A stretch of DNA of 64,000 bases from Isurus oxyrinchus (lineage: Eukaryota), in contig JANJGN010000021.1 of assembly GCA_026770705.1 (NCBI GenBank), positions 93,868,001 to 93,932,000 on the forward strand, read 5' to 3'. This document shows, in pieces, positions 1 through 15,000 of the stretch (its first letter is position 1; each line of letters opens with the position of its first letter). The translations under genes were made by a program, and so were the position numbers. The notes under the pieces were generated by a model. That model was given only the letters and a program-made list of their open reading frames with translations, did no database searches and was not told the DNA's origin.

Positions 1-3000
1 CCTCACTCACCAACTCTCAGTCCCCGCCTCAATCACCGACACTCAGTCCCCCCTCACTCACCAACTCTCAGTCCCCCCTCACTCACCGACTCAGTCCCCC
101 CCTCACTCACCGACTCTCAGTCCCCCCTCACTCACCGACTCAGTCCCCCCCTCACTCACCGACTCTCAGTCCTCTCCTCACTCACCGACTCTCAGTCCCC
201 CCCTCACTCACCGACACTCAGTCCCCCCTCACTCACTGATTCTCAGTCCCCCCCTCACTCACCGACATTCATTGCCCCCCTCACTCACCGACTCCCAGTC
301 CCCCCCCCCCCATTACTCACCGACTCTCGGTCCCCCCCTCACTCACACACTCTCGGTCCCACCCTCACTCACCAACTCCCGTTCCCCCCCTCACTCACCG
401 ACTCTCAGTCCCCCCCTCACTCACTGACCCTCAGTCCCCCCTTCACTCACCGACTCTCAGTCCCCTCTCACTCACCGACTCTCAGTCCGCCCCTCACTCA
501 CCGACTCCCAGTCCCCCCCTCACTCACTGACCCTCAATCCCCCCTTCACTCACCGACTCTCAGTGCCCCCTCACTCACCAACTCTCATTGCCCCCCTTCA
601 CTCATCGACTCTCAGTCCCCTCTCACTCAGCGACTCTCAGTCCCCCTCACTCACCGACTCTCAGTCCTCCCCTCACTCACCGACTCTCAGTCCTCCACTC
701 ACTCACCGACTCTCAGTCCCCCCCTCACTCACCGACACTCAGTCCCCCCTCACTCACTGACTCTCAGTCCCCCCCTCACTCACCGACTCCCAGTGCCCCC
801 CCCCTTACTCACCGACTCTCGGTCCCCGCCTCACTTACACACTCTCGGTCCCACCCTCACTCACCAACTCCCGTTCCCCCCCTCACTCACCGACTCTCAG
901 TCCCCCCCTCACTCACTGACCCTCAGTCCCCCCTTCACTCACCGACTCTCTGTCCCCTCTCACTCAGCGACTCTCAGTCCCCCCTCACTCACCGACTCTC
1001 AGTCCCCCAGCTCACTCACCGACTCTTCGTCCCCCCCTCACTCACCGACTCTCATTGCCCCCCTCACTCACCGACTCCCAGTTCCCCCATCACACACACA
1101 CTCTCGGTCCCACCCTCACTCACCGACTCCCAGTCCGCCCTCACTCACCGACTCCCAGTCCCCCCCTCACTCACTGACCCTCAATCCCCCCTTCACTCAC
1201 TGACTCTCAGTGCCCCCTCACTCACCGACTCTCATTGCCCCCCTTCACTCATCGACTCTCAGTCCCCTCTCACTCAGCGACTCTCAGTCTCCCCCTCACT
1301 CACCGACTCTCAGTCCCCCACCTCACTCACCGACTCCCAGTCCCCCCCTCACTCACCGACTCCCAGTCCCCCCCTCACTCACCGACTCCCAGTCCCCCTC
1401 TCACTCACTGACCCTCAGTCCCCCCTTCACTCACCGACTCTCAGTCTCTCCCTCACTCACCGTCCTTCAGTCCCCCCTCACTCACTACTCTCCGTCCCCC
1501 ACCTCACTCACCGACTCTCAGTCCCCACCTCACTCACCGTCTCTCCGTCCCCCCCTCACTCACCGACTCTCATTGCCCCCCTCACTCACCGACTCCCAGT
1601 TCCCCCCTCACTCACACACTCTCGGTCCCACCCTCACTCACCGACTCCCACTCCGCCCCTCACTCACCGAATCCCAGTCCCCCCCTCACTCACTGACCCT
1701 CAGTCCCCCCTTCACTCACCGACTCTCAGTTCCCCCCTCACACACCGACCTTCAGTTGACCCTCACTCATCAAGTCTCCGTCCCCCCGTCACTGACCAAC
1801 CCTCAGTCCCCCCCTCACTCACCGACTCTCAGTCCCCCCCTCACTCACCGACTCTCAATCCTCCCCTCACTCACCAACTCTCAGTCCCCGCCTCAATCAC
1901 CGACACTCAGTCCCCCCTCACTCACCAACTCTCAGTCCCCCCTCACTCACCGACTCAGTCCCCCCCTCACTCACCGACTCTCAGTCCCCCCTCACTCACC
2001 GACTCAGTCCCCCCCTCACTCACCGACTCTCAGTCCTCTCCTCACTCACCGACTCTCAGTCCCCCCCTCACTCACCGACACTCAGTCCCCCCTCACTCAC
2101 TGATTCTCAGTCCCCCCCCTCACTCACCGACATTCATTGCCCCCCTCACTCACCGACTCCCAGTCCCCCCCCCCCATTACTCACCGACTCTCGGTCCCCC
2201 CCTCACTCACACACTCTCGGTCCCACCCTCACTCACCAACTCCCGTTCCCCCCCCTCACTCACCGACTCTCAGTCCCCCCCTCACTCACTGACCCTCAGT
2301 CCCCCCTTCACTCACCGACTCTCAGTCCCCTCTCACTCACCGACTCTCAGTCCGCCCCTCACTCACCGACTCCCAGTCCCCCCCCTCACTCACTGACCCT
2401 CAATCCCCCCTTCACTCACCGACTCTCAGTGCCCCCTCACTCACCAACTCTCATTGCCCCCCTTCACTCATCGACTCTCAGTCCCCTCTCACTCAGCGAC
2501 TCTCAGTCCCCCTCACTCACCGACTCTCAGTCCTCCCCTCACTCACCGACTCTCAGTCCTCCCCTCACTCACCGACTCTCAGTCCCCCCCTCACTCACCG
2601 ACACTCAGTCCCCCCTCACTCACTGACTCTCAGTCCCCCCCCTCACTCACCGACTCCCAGTGCCCCCCCCCCTTACTCACCGACTCTCGGTCCCCGCCTC
2701 ACTTACACACTCTCGGTCCCACCCTCACTCACCAACTCCCGTTCCCCCCCTCACTCACCGACTCTCAGTCCCCCCCTCACTCACTGACCCTCAGTCCCCC
2801 CTTCACTCACCGACTCTCTGTCCCCTCTCACTCAGCGACTCTCAGTCCCCCCTCACTCACCGACTCTCAGTCCCCCAGCTCACTCACCGACTCTTCGTCC
2901 CCCCCCTCACTCACCGACTCTCATTGCCCCCCTCACTCACCGACTCCCAGTTCCCCCATCACACACACACTCTCGGTCCCACCCTCACTCACCGACTCCC

Positions 3001-6000
3001 AGTCCGCCCTCACTCACCGACTCCCAGTCCCCCCCTCACTCACTGACCCTCAATCCCCCCTTCACTCACTGACTCTCAGTGCCCCCTCACTCACCGACTC
3101 TCATTGCCCCCCTTCACTCATCGACTCTCAGTCCCCTCTCACTCAGCGACTCTCAGTCTCCCCCTCACTCACCGACTCTCAGTCCCCCACCTCACTCACC
3201 GACTCCCAGTACCCCCCTCACTCACCGACTCCCAGTCCCCCCCTCACTCACCGACTCCCAGTCCCCCTCTCACTCACTGACCCTCAGTCCCCCCTTCACT
3301 CACCGACTCTCAGTCTCTCCCTCACTCACCGTCCTTCAGTCCCCCCTCACTCATCAATTCTCCGTCCCCCCGTCACTGACCGACCCTCAGTGCCCCCATC
3401 ACTCACCGACTCTCAGTCCCCCCCCCACACACCGACTCTCAGACCCGCCTCATTCACCGTCTCTCAGCCCCCCCTCACTCACTGACTCTCAGTTCGCCCC
3501 CACGCACCGACTCTCAATCGCCCCCTCGCACACCGACCCTCAGCCCCCCTCTCACTCACCGACTCTCAGTCCCCCCCTCACTCACCGACTCTCAGTCCCC
3601 TGTCACTCACCGACTCTCATTGCCCCCCTCAGTCACCGACTCCCAGTCCCCCCCCCCCACCCACCGACTCTCGGTCCCCCCCCTCACTCACCCACTCTCA
3701 GTCCCCCCCTCACTCACTGACCCTTAGTCCACCCTCATTCACCGACTCTCAGTGCCCCCCTCGCTCACCGACTCTCAGTCCACGCCCCCTCACTCACTGA
3801 CCCTCAGTCCCCCCCTCACTCACCGACTCTCCGTCCCCTCCTCACGCACTGACCCTCAGTACCCCCTCATTCACCGACTCTCAGCCCCACCCACTCACTC
3901 ACCGACCCTCAGTGGTCCCCCCCCTCGCTCACCGACTCTCAGACGCCCCCCGTCGCTCACCGACTCTCAGTGCCCCCCTCACTCACCGACTCTCAGTCCC
4001 CCTCTCATTCACCGACTCTCAGTCCCCCTCTCATTCACCGACTCTCAGTCCCCCCTTCACTCACCGACTTTCTGTCCCCTCTCACTCAGCGACTCTCAGT
4101 CCCCCCCCCCACCCACCGACTCTCGGTCCCCCCCCTCACTCACCCACTCTCAGTCCCCCCCTCACTCACTGACCCTTAGTCCACCCTTATTCACCGACTC
4201 TCAGTGCCCCCCTCGCTCACCGACTCTCAGTCCACGCCCCCTCACTCACTGACCCTCAGTCCCCCCTCACTCACCGACTCTCCGTCCCCTCCTCACGCAC
4301 TGACCGTCAGTACCCCCTCATTCACCGACTCTCAGCCCCACCCACTCACTCACCGACCCTCAGTGGTCGCCCCCTCGCTCACCGACTCTCAGACGCCCCC
4401 CGTCGCTCACCGACTCTCAGTGCCCCCCTCACTCACCGACTCTCAGTCCCCCTCTCATTCACCGACTCTCAGTCCCCCCTCACTCACCGACTCTCAATCC
4501 TCCCCTCACTCACCGACTCTCAGTCCCCGCCTCAATCACCGACACTCAGTCCCCCCTCACTCACCGACTCTCAGTCCCCCCTCACTCACCGACTCTCAGT
4601 CCCCCCCCTCACTCACCGACTCTCAGTCCCCCCCTCACTCACCGACTCTCAGTCCCCCCCTCACTCACCGACTCTCAGTCCCCCCCTCACTCTCCGACTC
4701 TCAGTCTCCCACTCACTCACCGACTCTCAGTCCCCCCCCTCACTCACCGACTCTCAGTCCCCCCCTCACTCACCGACTCTCAGTCCTCCCCTCACTCACC
4801 GACTCTCAGACCCCCTCACTCACCGACTCAGTCCCCCCCTCACTCACCGACTCTCAGTCCCCCCCTCATTCACCGACACTCAGTCCCCCCTCACTCACTG
4901 ACTCTCAGTCCCCCCCTCACTCACCGAGATTCATTGCCCCCCTCACTCACCGACTCCCAGTCCCCCCCCTCACTCACCGACTCCCGTTCCCCCCCTCATT
5001 CACAGAATCTCATTTCCCCCCTCACTCAGCGACTCTCAGTCCCCCCTGACTCAGCGACTCTCAGTCCCCCCTGACTCACCGACTCTCAGTCCCCCCTCAC
5101 TCACCGACTCTCAGTCCCCCCCCCTCGCTCACCGACTCTCAGACGCCCCCCGTCGCTCACCGACTCTCAGTGCCCCCCTCACTCACCGACTCTCAGTCCC
5201 CCCCTCACTCACCGACTCTCAATCCTCCCCTCACTCACCGACTCTCAGTCCCCGCCTCAATCACTGACACTCAGACCCCCCTCACTCACCGACTCTCAGT
5301 CCCCCCCTCACTCACCGACTCTCAGTCCCCCCTCACTCACCGACACTCAGTCCCCCCCCTCACTCACCGACATTCATTGCCCCCCTCACTCACCGACACC
5401 CAGTCCCCCCCTTACTCACCGACATTCATTGCCCCCCTCACTCACCGACTCTCAGTCCCCCCCTCACTCACTGACCCTCAGTCCCCCCTTCACTCACCGA
5501 CTTTCTGTCCCCTCTCACTCAGCGACTCTCAGTCCCCCCCCCCACCCACCGACTCTCGGTCCCCCCCTCACTCACCCACTCTCAGTCCCCCCCCTCACTC
5601 ACTGACCCTTAGTCCACCCTTATTCACCGACTCTCAGTGCCCCCCTCGCTCACCGACTCTCAGTCCACGCCCCCTCACTCACTGACCCTCAGTCCCCCCT
5701 CACTCACCGACTCTCCGTCCCCTCCTCACGCACTGACCGTCAGTACCCCCCTCATTCACCGACTCTCAGCCCCACCCACTCACTCACCGACCCTCAGTGG
5801 TCGCCCCCTCGCTCACCGACTCTCAGACGCCCCCCGTCGCTCACCGACTCTCAGTGCCCCCCTCACTCACCGACTCTCAGTCCCCCTCTCATTCACCGAC
5901 TCTCAGTCCCCCCTCACTCACCGACTCTCAGTCCCCGCCTCAATCACCGACACTCAGTCCCCCTCACTCACCGACTCTCAGTCCCCCCTCACTCACCGAC

Positions 6001-9000
6001 TCTCAGTCCCCCCCTCACTCACCGACTCTCAGTCCCCCCCTCACTCACCGACTCTCAGTCCCCCCCTCACTCACCGACTCTCAGTCCCCCCCTCACTCTC
6101 CGACTCTCAGTCTCCCACTCACTCACCGACTCTCAGTCCCCCCCTCACTCACCGACTCTCAGTCCCCCCCTCACTCACCGACTCTCAGTCCTCCCCTCAC
6201 TCACCGACTCTCAGACCCCCTCACTCACCGACTCAGTCCCCCCCTCACTCACCGACTCTCAGTCCCCCCCCTCACTCACCGACACTCAGTCCCCCCTCAC
6301 TCACTGACTCTCAGTCCCCCCCCTCACTCACCGAGATTCATTGCCCCCCTCACTCACCGACTCCCAGTCCCCCCCCTCACTCACCGACTCCCGTTCCCCC
6401 CCTCATTCACAGAATCTCATTTCCCCCCTCACTCAGCGACTCTCAGTCCCCCCTGACTCAGCGACTCTCAGTCCCCCCTGACTCACCGACTCTCAGTCCC
6501 CCCTCACTCACCGACTCTCAGTCCCCCCCCCCTCGCTCACCGACTCTCAGACGCCCCCCGTCGCTCACCGACTCTCAGTGCCCCCCTCACTCACCGACTC
6601 TCAGTCCCCCCCTCACTCACCGACTCTCAATCCTCCCCTCACTCACCGACTCTCAGTCCCCGCCTCAATCACTGACACTCAGACCCCCCTCACTCACCGA
6701 CTCTCAGTCCCCCCTCACTCACCGACTCTCAGTCCCCCCCTCACTCACCGACTCTCAGTCCCCCCCTCACTCACCGACTCTCAGTCTCCCCCTCACTCAC
6801 CGACTCTCAGTCCCCCACTCACTCACCGACTCTCAGTCCCCCCCTCACTCACCGACTCTCAGTCCCCCACTCACTCACCGACTCTCAGTCCTCCCCTCAC
6901 TCACCGACTCTCAGACCCCCTCACTCACCGACTCAGTCCCCCCCTCACTCACCGACTCTCAGTCCCCCCCTCACTCACCGACACTCAGTCCCCCCTCACT
7001 CACTGACTCTCAGTCCCCCCCTCACTCACCGAGATTCATTGCCCCCCTCACTCACCGACTCCCAGTCCCCCCCTCACTCACCGACTCCCGTTCCCCCCCT
7101 CATTCACAGAATCTCATTTCCCCCCTCACTCAGCGACTCTCAGTCCCCCCTGACTCAGCGACTCTCAGTCCCCCCTGACTCACCGACTCTCAGTCCCCCC
7201 TCACTCACCGACTCTCAGTCCCCCCCCCTCGCTCACCGACTCTCAGACGCCCCCCGTCGCTCACCGACTCTCAGTGCCCCCCTCACTCACCGACTCTCAG
7301 TCCCCCCCTCACTCACCGACTCTCAATCCTCCCCTCACTCACCGACTCTCAGTCCCCGCCTCAATCACTGACACTCAGACCCCCCTCACTCACCGACTCT
7401 CAGTCCCCCCTCACTCACCGACTCTCAGTCCCCCCCTCACTCACCGACTCTCAGTCCCCCCCTCACTCACCGACTCTCAGTCTCCCCCTCACTCACCGAC
7501 TCTCAGTCCCCCCCTCACTCACCGACACTCAGTCCCCCCTCACTCACCGACACTCAGTCCCCCCCCTCACTCACCGACATTCATTGCCCCCCTCACTCAC
7601 CGACTCCCAGTCCCCCCCTTACTCACCGACTCTCGGTCCCCCCCTCACTCACCGACTCTCGGTCCCCCCCTCACTCACCGAATCTCAGTTCCACCACTCA
7701 CTCACCGACTCTCAGTCCACGCCCCCTCACTCACTGACCCTCAGTCCCCCCTCACTCACCGACTCTCCGTCCCCTCCTCACTCACTGACCCTCAGTACCC
7801 CTTCATTCACCGACTCTCAGCCCCACCCACTCACTCACCGACCCTCAGTCGCCCCCCCCTCGCTCACCGACTCTCAGACGCCCCCCGTCGCTCACCGACT
7901 CTCAGTGCCCCCCTCACTCACCGACTCTCAGTCCCCCCCTCACTCACCGACTCTCAATCCTCCCCTCACTCACCGACTCTCAGTCCCCGCCTCAATCACT
8001 GACACTCAGTCCCCCCTCACTCACCGACTCTCAGTCCCCCCTCACTCTCCGACTCTCAGTCTCCCCCTCACTCACCAACTCTCAGTCTCCCCCTCACTCA
8101 CCGACTCTCGGTCCCCCCCCTCACTCACCGACTCTCAGTCCTCCCCTCACTCACCGACTCTCAGTCCCCCCCTCACTCACCGACACTCAGTCCCCCCTCA
8201 CTCACCGACACTCAGTCCCCCCCTCACTCACCGACATTCATTGCCCCCCTCACTCACCAACTCCCAGTCCCCCCCCTTACTCACCGACTCTCGGTCCCCC
8301 CCTCACTCACCGACTCTCGGTCCCCCCCCTCACTCACCGAATCTCAGTTCCACCACTCACTCTCCGACTCTCAGTCCTACCCTCACTCACCGACTCTCAG
8401 TCCACGCCCCCTCACTCACTGACCCTCAGTCCCCCCTCACTCACCGACTCTCCGTCCCCTCCTCACTCACTGACCCTCAGTACCCCTTCATTCACCGACT
8501 CTCAGCCCCCCCACTCACTCATCGACCCTCAGTCTCCCCCCCGCACTCACCGACACTCAGTCCCCCTCTCACTCACCGACTCTCAGTCCCCGCCAAAGTC
8601 ACCGACACTCAGTCCCCCCCCCCACGCACCGACTCTCAGTCCCCCCTCACTCACCAACTCTCAGTCCCCCCTCACTCACCAACTCTCAGTCCCCCCTCAC
8701 TCACCGACTCTCAGTCCCCCCCTCACTCACCAACCCTCAGTCCCCCCTCACTCACCGACTCTCAGTCCCCCCCCCCCCTTACTCACCGACTCTCCATCCC
8801 CCCCTCACTCACACACTCTCGGTCCCACCCTCACTCACCAACTCCCGTTCCCCCCCTCACTCACAGAATCTCAGTTCCCCCCTCACTCACCGTCCCTCAT
8901 TCCCCCCCTCACTCACTGTCCCTCAGTCCCCCCCTTCACTCACCGACTCTCCCTCCCCCCACACTCACCGACTCTCAGACCTCCTCTCACTCACTGACTC

Positions 9001-12000
9001 TCAATCCCCCCCTCACTCACTGACTCCCAGTCCCCCCCCTCACTCACTGACTCCCAGTCCCCCCCCCTCACTCACCGACTCTCAGTCCTCCTCTCACTCA
9101 CTGACTCTCAATCCCCCCCCTCACTCACTGACTCCCAGTCCCCCCCCTCACTCACCGACTCTCAGTCCTCCTCTCACTCACCGACTCTCAGTCCTCCTCT
9201 CACTCACCGACTCTCAGTCCCCCCCCTCACTCACCGACCTTCAGTTGACCCTCACTCATCAAGTCTCCGTCCCCCCGTCACTGACCGACCCTCAGTGCCC
9301 CCATCACTCACCGACTCTCAGTCCCCCCCCCACGCACCGACCCTCAGTCGCCCCTCACTCACCGACTCTCAGTCACCCCCTTGCACACCGACCATCAGCC
9401 CCCCTCTCACTCACCGACTCTCAGTCCCCCCCTCACTCACTGGCTCTCAGTCGCCCCCTCACTCACCGACTCTCAGTCCCCCCCTCACTCACCGACCCTC
9501 ATTGCCCCCCTCAGTCACTGACTTCCAGTCCCCCCCTCACTCACTGACTCTCGGTCCCCCCCTCACTCACCGAATCTCAGTCCACGCCCCCTCACTCACT
9601 GACCCTCAGTCCCCCCTCACTCACCGACTCTCCGTCCCCTCCTCACTCACTGACCCTCAGTACCCCCCTCATTCACCGACTCTCAGCCCCCCCCCCACTC
9701 ACTCATCGACCCTCAGTCGCCCCACGTCGCTCACCGACTCTCAGTCCCCCCATCATTCGCCGACTCTCAGTCCTCCCCTCACTCACCGACTCTCAGTCCC
9801 CGCCTCAATCACCAACACTCAGTCCCCGCCTCAATCACCAACACTCAGTCCCCGCCTCAGTCACCGACACTCAGTCCCCCCTCACTCACCAACTCTCAGT
9901 CCCCCCTCACTCACCGACTCTCAGTCTCCCCCTCACTCACCGACTCTCAGTCCCCCCCTCACTCACCGACACTCAGTCCCCCCTCACTCACTGTCTCTCA
10001 GTCCCCCCCTCACTCACTGACATTCATTGCCCCCCTCACTCACCGACTCCCAGTACCCCCCCCCCTTACTCACCGACTCTCGGTCCCCCCCTCACTCACA
10101 CACTCTCGGTCCCACCCTTACTTACCAACTCACGTTCCCCCTCTCACTCACTGACTCTCGGTCCCCCCCTCACTCACCGAATCTCAGTTCCACCACTCAC
10201 TCTCCGACTCTCAGTCCTACCCTCACTCACCGACTCTCAGTCCACGCCCCCTCACTCACTGACCCTCAGTCCCCCCCTCACTCACCGACTCTCCGTCCCC
10301 TCCTCACTCACTGACCCTCAGTACCCCCTCATTCACCGACTCTCAGTCCCCCCCACTCACTCACCGACTCTCAGTCCGCCCCCGCACTCACCGACTCTCA
10401 GTCCCCCCTCACACACTGTCTCTCAGTCCCCCCCCTCACTCACCGACATTCATTGCCTCCCTCACTCACCGACTCCCAGTCCCCCCCCCCCACCTTACTC
10501 ACCGACTCTCGGTCCCCCCCTCACTCACACACTCTCAGTCCCACCCTCACTCACCAACTCCCGTTCCCCCCCTCACTCACAGAATCTCAGTTCGCCCCCT
10601 CACTCACCGACTCCCAGTCCCCCCCTCACTCACTGACCCTCAATCCCCCCTTCACTCATCGACTCTCAGTGCCCCCCTCACTCACCGACTCTCAGTCCCC
10701 CCCTCATTCGCCGACTCTCAGTCCCCCCCCTCACTCACCGTCCCTCATTCCCTCCCTCACTAACCGACCTTCAGTCCCCCCTCACTCACCGACTCTCCCT
10801 CCCCCCAGACTCACTGACTCTCAGACCTCCTCTCACTCACCAACTCTCAATCCCCCCCTCACTCACTGACTCCCAGTCCTCCCTCCTCACTCACCGACTC
10901 TCAGTCCTCCTCTCACTCACCGACTCTCAATCCCCCCCTCACTCACCGACTCTCAGTCCCCCCCTCACTCACCGACTCTCTGTCCCCCCCTCACTCACCG
11001 ACTCTCAGTCACCCCCTCACTCACCGACTCTCAGTCACCCCCTTACTCACCGACTCTCATTGCCCCCCTCACTCACCGACTCCCAGTCCCCCCCCCCCGC
11101 CTCACTCACCGACTCTCGCTCCCCACCTCGCTCACACACTCTCGGTCCCACCCTCACTCACCAACTCTCATTCCCCCCCTCACTCACTGACCCTCAGTCC
11201 CCCCTTCACTCACCGACTCTCAGTCCCCCCCCTCACTCACCGACCTTCAGTTGACCCTCACTCATCAAGTCTCCGTCCCCCCGTCACTGACCGACCCTCA
11301 GTCCCCCCTTCACTCACTGACCCTCAGTCCCCCATTCACTCACCGACTCTCAGTCCCCCCCCTCTCTCACCGAATCTCAGTTCCCCCCCCTCACTCACCA
11401 ACTCTCAGTCCCCCCCTCACTCACTGACCCTCAGTCCCCCCTTCACTCACTGACCCTCAGTCCCCCCTTCACTCACCGACTCTCAGTCCCCCCCTCGCTC
11501 ACCGACCTTCAGTTGACCCTCACTCATCAAGTCTCCGTCCCCCCGTCACTGACCGACCCTCAGTGCCCCCATCACTCCGCGACTCTCAGTCCCCCAATCG
11601 CACACCGACCCTCAGCCCCCCTCTCACTCACCGACTCTCAGTCCCCCCTTCACTCACTGGCTCTCAGTCCCCCCCTCACTCACCGACTCTCAGTCCCCCC
11701 CTCACTCACCGACTCTCAGTCCCCCCCTCACTCACCGACTCTCAGTTCCACCACTCACTCTCCGACTCTCAGTCCTACCCTCACTCACCGACTCTCAGTC
11801 CCCCCCTCACTCACTGAATCTCAGTTCCACCACTCACTCTCCGACTCTCAGTCCTACCCTCACTCACCGACTCTCAGTCCCCCCCTCACTCACTGAATCT
11901 CAGTTCCACCACTCACTCACCAACTCTCAGTCCCCCCCTCACTCACTGACCCTCAGTCCCCCCTTCACTCACTGACCCTCAGTCCCCCCTTCACTCACCG

Positions 12001-15000
12001 ACTCTCAGTCCCCCCCTCGCTCACCGACCTTCAGTTGACCCTCACTCATCAAGTCTCCGTCCCCCCGTCACTGACCGACCCTCAGTGCCCCCATCACTCC
12101 GCGACTCTCAGTCCCCCCCTCGCACACCGACCCTCAGCCCCCCTCTCACTCACCGACTCTCAGTCCCCCCTTCACTCACTGGCTCTCAGTCCCCCCCTCA
12201 CTCACCGACTCTCAGTCCCCCCCTCACTCACCGACTCTCAGTCCCCCCCTCACTCACCGACTCTCAGTTCCACCACTCACTCTCCGACTCTCAGTCCTAC
12301 CCTCCCTCACCGACTCTCAGTCCCCCCCTCACTCACTGAATCTCAGTTCCACCACTCACTCTCCGACTCTCAGTCCTACCCTCACTCACCGACTCTCAGT
12401 CCCCCCCTCACTCACCGACTCTCAGTCCCCCCCTCACTCTCCGACTCTCAGTCTCCCACTCACTCACCGACTCTCAGTCCCCCCCCTCACTCACCGACTC
12501 TCAGTCCCCCACTCACTCACCGACTCTCAGTCCTCCCCTCACTCACCGACTCTCAGACCCCCTCACTCACCGACTCAGTCCCTCCCTCACTCACCGACTC
12601 TCAGTCCCCCCCTCACTCACCGACACTCAGTCCCCCCTCACTCACTGACTCTCAGTCCCCCCCTCACTCACCGAGATTCATTGCCCCCCTCACTCACCGA
12701 CTCCCAGTCCCCCCCCTCACTCACCGACTCCCGTTCCCCCCCTCATTCACAGAATCTCATTTCCCCCCTCACTCAGCGACTCTCAGTCCCCCCTGACTCA
12801 CCGACTCTCAGTCCCCCCCTCACTCACCGACTCTCAGTCCCCCCCCCCTCGCTCACCGACTCTCAGACGCCCCCCGTCGCTCACCGACTCTCAGTGCCCC
12901 CCTCACTCACCGACTCTCAGTCCCCCCCTCACTCACCGACTCTCAATCCTCCCCTCACTCACCGACTCTCAGTCCCCGCCTCAATCACTGACACTCAGAC
13001 CCCTCTCACTCACCGACTCTCAGTCCCCCCTCACTCACCGACTCTCAGTCCCCCCCTCACTCACCGACTCTCAGTCCCCCCCTCACTCACCGACTCTCAG
13101 TCTCCCCCTCACTCACCGACTCTCAGTCCCCCCCTCACTCACCGACTCTCAGTCCTCCCCTCACTCACCGACTCTCAGTCCCCCCCTCACTCACCGACAC
13201 TCAGTCCCCCCTCACTCACCGACACTCAGTCCCCCCCTCACTCACCGACATTCATTGCCCCCCTCACTCACCGACTCCCAGTCCCCCCCTTACTCACCGA
13301 CTCTCGGTCCCCCCCTCACTCACCGAGATTCATTGCCCCCCTCACTCACCGACTCCCAGTCCCCCCCTCACTCACCGACTCCCGTTCCCCCCCTCATTCA
13401 CAGAATCTCATTTCCCCCCTCACTCAGCGACTCTCAGTCCCCCCTGACTCACCGACTCTCAGTCCCCCCTCACTCACCGACTCTCAGTCCCCCCCCCTCG
13501 CTCACCGACTCTCAGACGCCCCCCGTCGCTCACCGACTCTCAGTGCCCCCCTCACTCAGCGACTCTCAGTCCCCCCTGACTCACCGACTCTCAGTCCCCC
13601 CTCACTCACCGACTCTCAGTCCCCCCCCCCTCGCTCACCGACTCTCAGACGCCCCCCGTCGCTCACCGACTCTCAGTGCCCCCCCTCACTCACCGACTCT
13701 CAGTCCCCCCCTCACTCACCGACTCTCAATCCTCCCCTCACTCACCGACTCTCAGTCCCCGCCTCAATCACTGACACTCAGACCCCTCTCACTCACCGAC
13801 TCTCAGTCCCCCCTCACTCACCGACTCTCAGTCCCCCCCTCACTCACCGACTCTCAGTCCCCCCCTCACTCACCGACTCTCAGTCCCCCCCTCACTCACC
13901 GACTCTCAGTCTCCCCCTCACTCACCGACTCTCAGTCCCCCCCTCACTCACCGACTCTCAGTCCTCCCCTCACTCACCGACTCTCAGTCCCCCCCTCACT
14001 CACCGACACTCAGTCCCCCCTCACTCACCGACACTCAGTCCGCCCCTCACTCACCGACATTCATTGCCCCCCTCACTCACCGACTCCCAGTCCCCCCCTT
14101 ACTCACCGACTCTCGGTCCCCCCCTCACTCACCGACTCTCGGTCCCCCCCTCACTCACCGAATCTCAGTTCCACCACTCACTCTCCGACTCTCAGTCCTA
14201 CCCTCACTCACCGACTCTCAGTCCACGCCCCCTCACTCACTGACCCTCAGTCCCCCCTCACTCACCGACTCTCCGTCCCCTCCTCACTCACTGACCCTCA
14301 GTACCCCTTCATTCACCGACTCTCAGCCCCACCCACTCACTCACCGACCCTCAGTCGCCCCCCCCCTCGCTCACCGACTCTCAGACGCCCCCCGTCGCTC
14401 ACCGACTCTCAGACGCCCCCCTCACTCACCGACTCTCAGTCCCCCCCTCACTCACCGACTCTCAATCCTCCCCTCACTCACCGACTCTCAGTCCCCGCCT
14501 CAATCACTGACACTCAGTCCCCCCTCACTCACCGACTCTCAGTCCCCCCTCACTCTCCGACTCTCAGTCTCCCCCTCACTCACCAACTCTCAGTCTCCCC
14601 CTCACTCACCGACTCTCAGTCCCCCCCTCACTCACCGACTCTCAGTCCTCCCCTCACTCACCGACTCTCAGTCCCCCCCTCACTCACCGACACTCAGTCC
14701 CCCCTCACTCACCGACACTCAGTCCCCCCCTCACTCACCGACATTCATTGCCCCCCTCACTCACCAACTCCCAGTCCCCCCCCTTACTCACCGACTCTCG
14801 GTCCCCCCCTCACTCACCGACTCTCGGTCCCCCCCTCACTCACCGAATCTCAGTTCCACCACTCACTCTCCGACTCTCAGTCCTACCCTCACTCACCGAC
14901 TCTCAGTCCACGCCCCCTCACTCACTGACCCTCAGTCCCCCCCTCACTCACCGACTCTCCGTCCCCTCCTCACTCACTGACCCTCAGTACCCCTTCATTC